This document shows positions 54,411 to 59,132 of a DNA stretch of 59,132 nucleotides, piece after piece. The stretch comes from an uncultured Methanosarcinales archaeon (GTDB lineage: Archaea > Nanobdellota > Nanobdellia > Woesearchaeales > CAYZNE01). The translations under genes and the position numbers were made by a program. Numbering within the stretch: position 1 is the stretch's first letter; every line of letters starts with the position of its first letter. Location of the stretch: assembly GCA_964405295.1 (NCBI GenBank), contig CAYONI010000002.1, forward strand, positions 1-59,132. The letters are read 5' to 3'. Under the pieces are notes generated by a model, which was given only the letters and a program-made list of their open reading frames with translations, had not been told where the DNA came from and made no database searches.

Positions 54411-55904
54411 ATGGTAAATAAAAGTATTAATAAGAAACTGAGTTTGTTTTTAGTAATTTTGTTTTTGTTGATATTTCTTGCAAATTTTGTTCTTGCAGGA
54501 GAACAGGCAAAATTAAACCGGTTTAAAGATTCTGAAACAAAGTTAATTTTAACAAATGTGAATAGATACAATCTTATAATAGAAAGATATGCAGATGAGT
54601 TTGGTGTTCCTAAAACTCTTTTGCAAGCTTTAATTGGTGTTGGTAAAACTGCAGGAATTTTGGATCCCTATGATGTTTATAGTGCAGGGGGGGCTATTGG
54701 TTTAATGAATTTAGTACCTTTTTATTCTGATGGAACAAATATTCATTATTTTGATTGTTTAGAATCTGGTTGTATGAATGATGAAGTTGAATATCTTGAT
54801 AGAGAACATCTTACTGAGAATCGAAAAAAAGTAAAATATGAATACACAAATCCTCATAATTCTATTTGTTGTGCAACGTATATTTTAGAAAAGAAATCTC
54901 ATACATCTATAATTTACCCTGGTGAGGAAAGTAAGTGTAAAGATTCAAGAACCCAGGTAACTTATGATGGTTGGGAAGCTGCAGTTAGAAAATTCAATCC
55001 GTTTTTCTGCGGTGATGATAATGATATTTATTTTGTAGAAAGAGTTATGCAGTTAAATTCTTCTTTTACAAAGTTTACTAAGGGTAATATAATTAATTAT
55101 GGTTTGCTAAAATTTGTTCCTTCATTTAAGATTAAAGCTCCAAGGTTTCCAAAAATTTATGAAAATTTAAGTGATATAATTTCAAATTTACAAGAAACAG
55201 AATCTGAAGCAGGTGTTAGCCTTAAGCTGACAAATATTGGTTCTAAATATAATGTTACTTTTAGAAAATTTTGTGAAGAACCAGAAGTAAATATTTTTAA
55301 TTCTATTTATGATAATTTTGTTAATGCTGTTGAGTTTGATTATCCTGAATGTAAGTATCTTGTTGCAGATAAGATTCCTTTTTCAGGCCACATGGAAATG
55401 CAAACTTTATTATTTGTGCATGATAGTACTGCTAATAAACTTAGTATAAAGAATAATCTTTCTTTAGATTTATTTAGAAATTATGAATTAACTGTTCCTG
55501 AAAACTTTTTCTTAGGATTTGATAATTTAACAATTGTTCAAGTTAAGCCTTCTTATTCAATGGAATACCAAATTAATAATTTTAATCGTCCTGATTCATC
55601 ACCTTTAATTGGGATAGAAAACATATTTTTTGTTAATGATTATGCCTCAGATGTTTCTGAGCTAGTGTTTTATAAAAATGTTAGTAATGTTGGAGTTTAT
55701 TATAATACATTTGGTCAGGAAATTAATTTAACTATTAGTCCACTACTTGATTGTGATAGTTCATTAGATAATTATAGATTGAAATATTTTACTTGTCTTG
55801 ATACAGGTGAAAGAGAAGAAGTTTACGACTGGGTGTCTGGTAAATGGGAAGAGTCAGCCGAAACGATTAAAATAAAGCTTGCATTTGCTCTTAAAAGAAA
55901 ATAA
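54411..55904 (+). CDS. Secreted protein with an SLT lytic-transglycosylase-like domain (catalytic Glu missing)
   Basis: Signal peptide (VLA|G); YNLIIERYADEFGVPKTLLQALI, SAGGAIGLMNL, NPHNSICCATYIL, WEAAVRKFN and YFVERVM. Confidence 0.65.
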   Translation: MVNKSINKKLSLFLVILFLLIFLANFVLAGEQAKLNRFKDSETKLILTNVNRYNLIIERYADEFGVPKTLLQALIGVGKTAGILDPYDVYSAGGAIGLMNLVPFYSDGTNIHYFDCLESGCMNDEVEYLDREHLTENRKKVKYEYTNPHNSICCATYILEKKSHTSIIYPGEESKCKDSRTQVTYDGWEAAVRKFNPFFCGDDNDIYFVERVMQLNSSFTKFTKGNIINYGLLKFVPSFKIKAPRFPKIYENLSDIISNLQETESEAGVSLKLTNIGSKYNVTFRKFCEEPEVNIFNSIYDNFVNAVEFDYPECKYLVADKIPFSGHMEMQTLLFVHDSTANKLSIKNNLSLDLFRNYELTVPENFFLGFDNLTIVQVKPSYSMEYQINNFNRPDSSPLIGIENIFFVNDYASDVSELVFYKNVSNVGVYYNTFGQEINLTISPLLDCDSSLDNYRLKYFTCLDTGEREEVYDWVSGKWEESAETIKIKLAFALKRK

Positions 55905-56108
55905 TTTTATTTACTATAGTTTCAATTTGACTGGAAGCTTTGAGAAAATATATATTACTATTCGACTTTCCTATAATATGGCCTCCTCTGCAACTTAAAG
56001 GATGTGATACTCAACTAAAAAGGAGGTCGTCCAAAAAAGGTTAAACTTACAATATTAAGGTTGTAGTATTAGCTTTTTTGAGAATAATAATTATAAAAGG
56101 TGATATTC

Positions 56109-58208
56109 ATGAAAAATATACATACAATTTTAGGACTTATAATAATTGCAATGTTAGTAGTTGCAGGATGTGGAACAAGCAATGTTCCACCAATAGTTAG
56201 AACTAATACTTATGATTCAGATGAGCTCATGAAATTTTCTTCTGTTCAAGAAATAAAAGATTTCTTATTTGAAAATACTATGCAACAGAGTCAAAGTTAT
56301 TCTGGTAGTTTTAGAAGTGGTGGAGATATAGATATGGCTATGCCTATGATGGCCATGGCAGAATCTTCATCAGGTAAATCTGTTGGTGTAAATTCTAACT
56401 CTGGTGCTAGTGATTATTCTGAAACTAATATCCAGGTTGAAGGTGTTGATGAACCAGACTTTGTTAAAAATGATAATAAATATATCTACATTATTCAAGG
56501 TGAAACCTTATATATTGTAAATGCATATCCTGGAGAGAATGCAGAGATAGTTTCTGAAATTAGTTTTGAAGGAAATCCTTGTAACCTTTTTGTTAATGAT
56601 AATAAAGTTATTGTTTTTTCAAATGCTTATGAAAGAAAGTCTTATATTGCTGAATTTGATTATATGCCTAGAGAAAGAGGGATTTCTGTTTCTCATGCTT
56701 ATGTTTATGATGTTTCAGATAAGTCTGATCCAGAATTAGTTAATGATTTTAGTATTGAAGGTAACTATTATGATGCAAGAATGATTGGTGATTATGTTTA
56801 TTTTATATCTCAACAAAATATTTATTATGATCCTGTATTTTTTGATACCCCCATTCTTATGGATGGCGCGTCTGTTAAAATTAAGCCAGAGGTATACTAT
56901 TTTCCTAATCCTGAAACAAACTATAATTTTAATACTATAACCTCTTTTAATATTGATGATGATTCTGATGTTAATTCAAAAACTTTTATGATGGGTTATT
57001 CAAATACTCTTTATGTTTCTGAGGATAACATATATATTGCATATAGAAAAAATATTCCTTGGAGATATTATGCTGAAGATTCAGAATATTCTTTTTATAA
57101 TATTGTTTTACCTTTGTTGTCGTTAGATATTAAAATTGAAATTAATTCGATAAAGAATGATAACTCTTTTCCTGATAATATTAAGTGGTCTAAAATATCT
57201 TTAGTTCTTGAAGAAATGTATAATGAATTGAGCGAAAATGACAAGAATGATTTGGTTGAGGAGATTCAAGAAGAATTAGAAGTTTATCGTATAAAACAAG
57301 AGATTGAAAGAAGTAAAACAATAATTCATAGGATTTCTATTGACAAAGGGGATATAGATTATGGTGCAAGAGGAGAAGTCTCAGGAAGTCTTCTTAATCA
57401 ATTTTCTTTAGATGAGTATAAAAATAACTTAAGGGTTGCTACAACAACAAGTATTTGGGTTGGGGAAAGGCAGGTGTACAATAATGTCTTTGTTCTTAAT
57501 AAAGACATGAAGGTTGTTGGGGATATTGAAGATATTGCTCCTGGTGAACGTATTTATTCAAGCAGGTTTATTGGTGATAGACTTTATATGGTAACTTTCA
57601 AAAATATTGATCCATTGTTTGTAATTGATTTAAGTGTTCCAACAAATCCTAGTATATTGGGTGAACTAAAAATTCCTGGTTATTCAACTTATCTTCATCC
57701 ATATGATGAAAATCATATAATTGGTGTCGGAGTAAATACTGAGAATAATCAATGGGGAGGAGTTTCTACTTCGGGATTGAAGATTGCAATGTTTGATGTT
57801 TCAGATGTTGAAAATCCTAAAGAAATCGATAAGTATGATATTGGTGAAGCAGGTACATATTCTACTGCATTATATGAGCACAAAGCATTTCTTTTTGATA
57901 AAGAAAAAAATCTCTTAGTACTTCCGGTTAGAGAAGTAACTGGCAGGTTTAAAGACCCGGTTTATAATTATTATCGTAATTCAGTTTGGAACGGAGTTTA
58001 TGTTTTTGATGTTGATGAATTTGGATTCAAGTTAAAAGGAAAAGTTGAACATCAAGACGATTCTGATAATTCTTGGTACAGAAATTATGGTAACCAGGTG
58101 CTTAGAAGTATTTTTATGGATGACACCTTATACACCATCTCATCAAATCTAATTAAGATAAGCTCTCTTGTTGATTTATCAGAGTTAAATAATGTTTTGT
58201 TGGATTAA
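56109..58208 (+). CDS. Secreted beta-propeller domain lipoprotein (COG4880, Beta_propel)
   Basis: Lipobox VVAG|C; DYSETNIQVEGVDEPDFVK, LLNQFSLDEY, GERIYSSRF and GELKIPGYSTYLHP. Confidence 0.9.
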   Translation: MKNIHTILGLIIIAMLVVAGCGTSNVPPIVRTNTYDSDELMKFSSVQEIKDFLFENTMQQSQSYSGSFRSGGDIDMAMPMMAMAESSSGKSVGVNSNSGASDYSETNIQVEGVDEPDFVKNDNKYIYIIQGETLYIVNAYPGENAEIVSEISFEGNPCNLFVNDNKVIVFSNAYERKSYIAEFDYMPRERGISVSHAYVYDVSDKSDPELVNDFSIEGNYYDARMIGDYVYFISQQNIYYDPVFFDTPILMDGASVKIKPEVYYFPNPETNYNFNTITSFNIDDDSDVNSKTFMMGYSNTLYVSEDNIYIAYRKNIPWRYYAEDSEYSFYNIVLPLLSLDIKIEINSIKNDNSFPDNIKWSKISLVLEEMYNELSENDKNDLVEEIQEELEVYRIKQEIERSKTIIHRISIDKGDIDYGARGEVSGSLLNQFSLDEYKNNLRVATTTSIWVGERQVYNNVFVLNKDMKVVGDIEDIAPGERIYSSRFIGDRLYMVTFKNIDPLFVIDLSVPTNPSILGELKIPGYSTYLHPYDENHIIGVGVNTENNQWGGVSTSGLKIAMFDVSDVENPKEIDKYDIGEAGTYSTALYEHKAFLFDKEKNLLVLPVREVTGRFKDPVYNYYRNSVWNGVYVFDVDEFGFKLKGKVEHQDDSDNSWYRNYGNQVLRSIFMDDTLYTISSNLIKISSLVDLSELNNVLLD

Positions 58209-58281
58209 TTTTTTATTTTCCACCACTCAGCAATAGAAAACCATAGCAAAGTTTAAATAGTAGTTCCTCTAAACTATTTAG

Positions 58282-58887
58282 ATGATAGAGACTAAATTTA
58301 ATGCGCAGGTACTAGCTTATTTAACTTTACAGATTGTTTTTGTTCTTATTTTGTGTTTACTTTCTAAAGATTTAGTTATAACAAGTTCAATTATCATGTT
58401 GTTATTAGGAATAACAGTTCTTATGCACTCAAATAAATTAATTTCTAATAGTAATTGGACAACATATAATATTTATAATTTTATAATTATTATTATAACA
58501 ATATTTTTTGTTCCTGCATATGCAGTGTTTAGAAGCCAAGCGGTTCTCTTGGTTGGTATTGCAATTATAATTGCAAATCTTGTTGCAATTTTGCTAACAA
58601 TAAATCTTTCAACGCCTATTGAAGCCTTAAAGGCAAAATCAAAAGAAATTAAGGCTTCAACTATTAAGAGATATAATCCAGTTAAGAATTCTAAGAAGAT
58701 TAAATCTTCTGACTTAAAGATTGTTGCTATTAAAGGTGGTAGTAAATTTCACTCTCTTGATTGTAAAATGGTGGAAAATAAGTCAAAAAAACGTTTAAAA
58801 TTCTATTATTCTGCTCATGATGCTCAAAAAGATGGTTTAAAGCCCTGTAAGCTGTGTAAAGCAGTAAGTTATTTGCATCAATTCTAA
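58282..58887 (+). CDS. Four-TM membrane protein with a C-terminal Ada-like Zn-binding domain
   Basis: SKFHSLDC...AQKDGLKPCKLC. Confidence 0.75.
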   Translation: MIETKFNAQVLAYLTLQIVFVLILCLLSKDLVITSSIIMLLLGITVLMHSNKLISNSNWTTYNIYNFIIIIITIFFVPAYAVFRSQAVLLVGIAIIIANLVAILLTINLSTPIEALKAKSKEIKASTIKRYNPVKNSKKIKSSDLKIVAIKGGSKFHSLDCKMVENKSKKRLKFYYSAHDAQKDGLKPCKLCKAVSYLHQF

Positions 58888-58958
58888 TTTTTATTTTCTA
58901 TACTACTAGCTAATGGCTATAAATGTTTAAATAGTTTCAAGTATATCTTAGTAATTAT

Positions 58959-59111
58959 ATGGCAGTTTTAAACAAAATAAGGAATATTGATTTTGAAATT
59001 TTTTTTACTGATATTAAGGATTATTTTTCAAATCTTAGTCAATATGCTTTGTATTCATGGATTGCTATTGGTTTAGGTGTGATATTGATAATTATATCAT
59101 TTGTAGTTTAA
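58959..59111 (+). CDS. Small single-TM protein, 50 aa
   Basis: MAVLNKIRNIDFEIFFTDIKDYFSNLSQYALYSWIAIGLGVILIIISFVV*; TATA-like TTTAAATA upstream. Not in the ORF track. Confidence 0.65.
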   Translation: MAVLNKIRNIDFEIFFTDIKDYFSNLSQYALYSWIAIGLGVILIIISFVV

Positions 59112-59132
59112 TTATGTTTATAGGGGGTTAAT

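Noticed and set aside
53132..55904. A single gene split by a frameshift
   Set aside because: The second ORF has its own ATG (54411) and a complete signal peptide 4 nt after a clean stop. An ancestral fusion cannot be excluded without comparing orthologs.
42348..55904. Archaellum operon or provirus
   Set aside because: No archaellin consensus, no ArlH/I/J genes, and no capsid, terminase or integrase genes.
1..59132. tRNA, rRNA, SRP or RNase P RNA genes
   Set aside because: No GC-rich segment with a cloverleaf/TTCGA T-loop context or rRNA signature was seen.

Overview
AT-rich chromosomal segment of an archaeon. RadA, Hjc, tRNA splicing endonuclease, archaeal-type TrpRS, PGI/PMI and the oapABC operon establish the domain. 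The gene content and leader peptides suggest DPANN, probably Woesearchaeota-like (inference). Housekeeping genes are mixed with hypothetical genes. The main feature is a 13.5-kb co-directional array (42348-55904) of 15 consecutive genes with type IV pilin-like (class III) leader peptides; two of these are micro-ORFs missing from the ORF track. Five of the pilins carry beta-defensin-like six-Cys head modules. The distal genes carry three folds typical of peptidoglycan hydrolases: an NlpC/P60-like domain with an intact Cys/His pair, a degenerate Amidase_3-like domain and an SLT lytic-transglycosylase-like domain lacking its catalytic Glu. Together these suggest a surface appendage that recognises or cuts bacterial-type cell walls. 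A second cluster of large surface proteins (22810-29611) shares a Cys-rich module with the array. Non-coding signals include a dispersed hairpin-GGTCAT element family, with a 54-bp direct repeat bracketing an aroE-like/ASCH gene pair. Others are nested palindromes upstream of a parA with no parB in the window, a duplicated operator/TATA unit for a wHTH/membrane-sensor/ABC module, a box C/D-like sRNA after endA, and a structured leader on a putative ssDNA-binding gene next to radA. The polysaccharide deacetylase has a 2-nt frameshift. I saw no tRNA, rRNA, CRISPR array, transposase or integrase. All family assignments are by-eye motif recognition; no searches were run.
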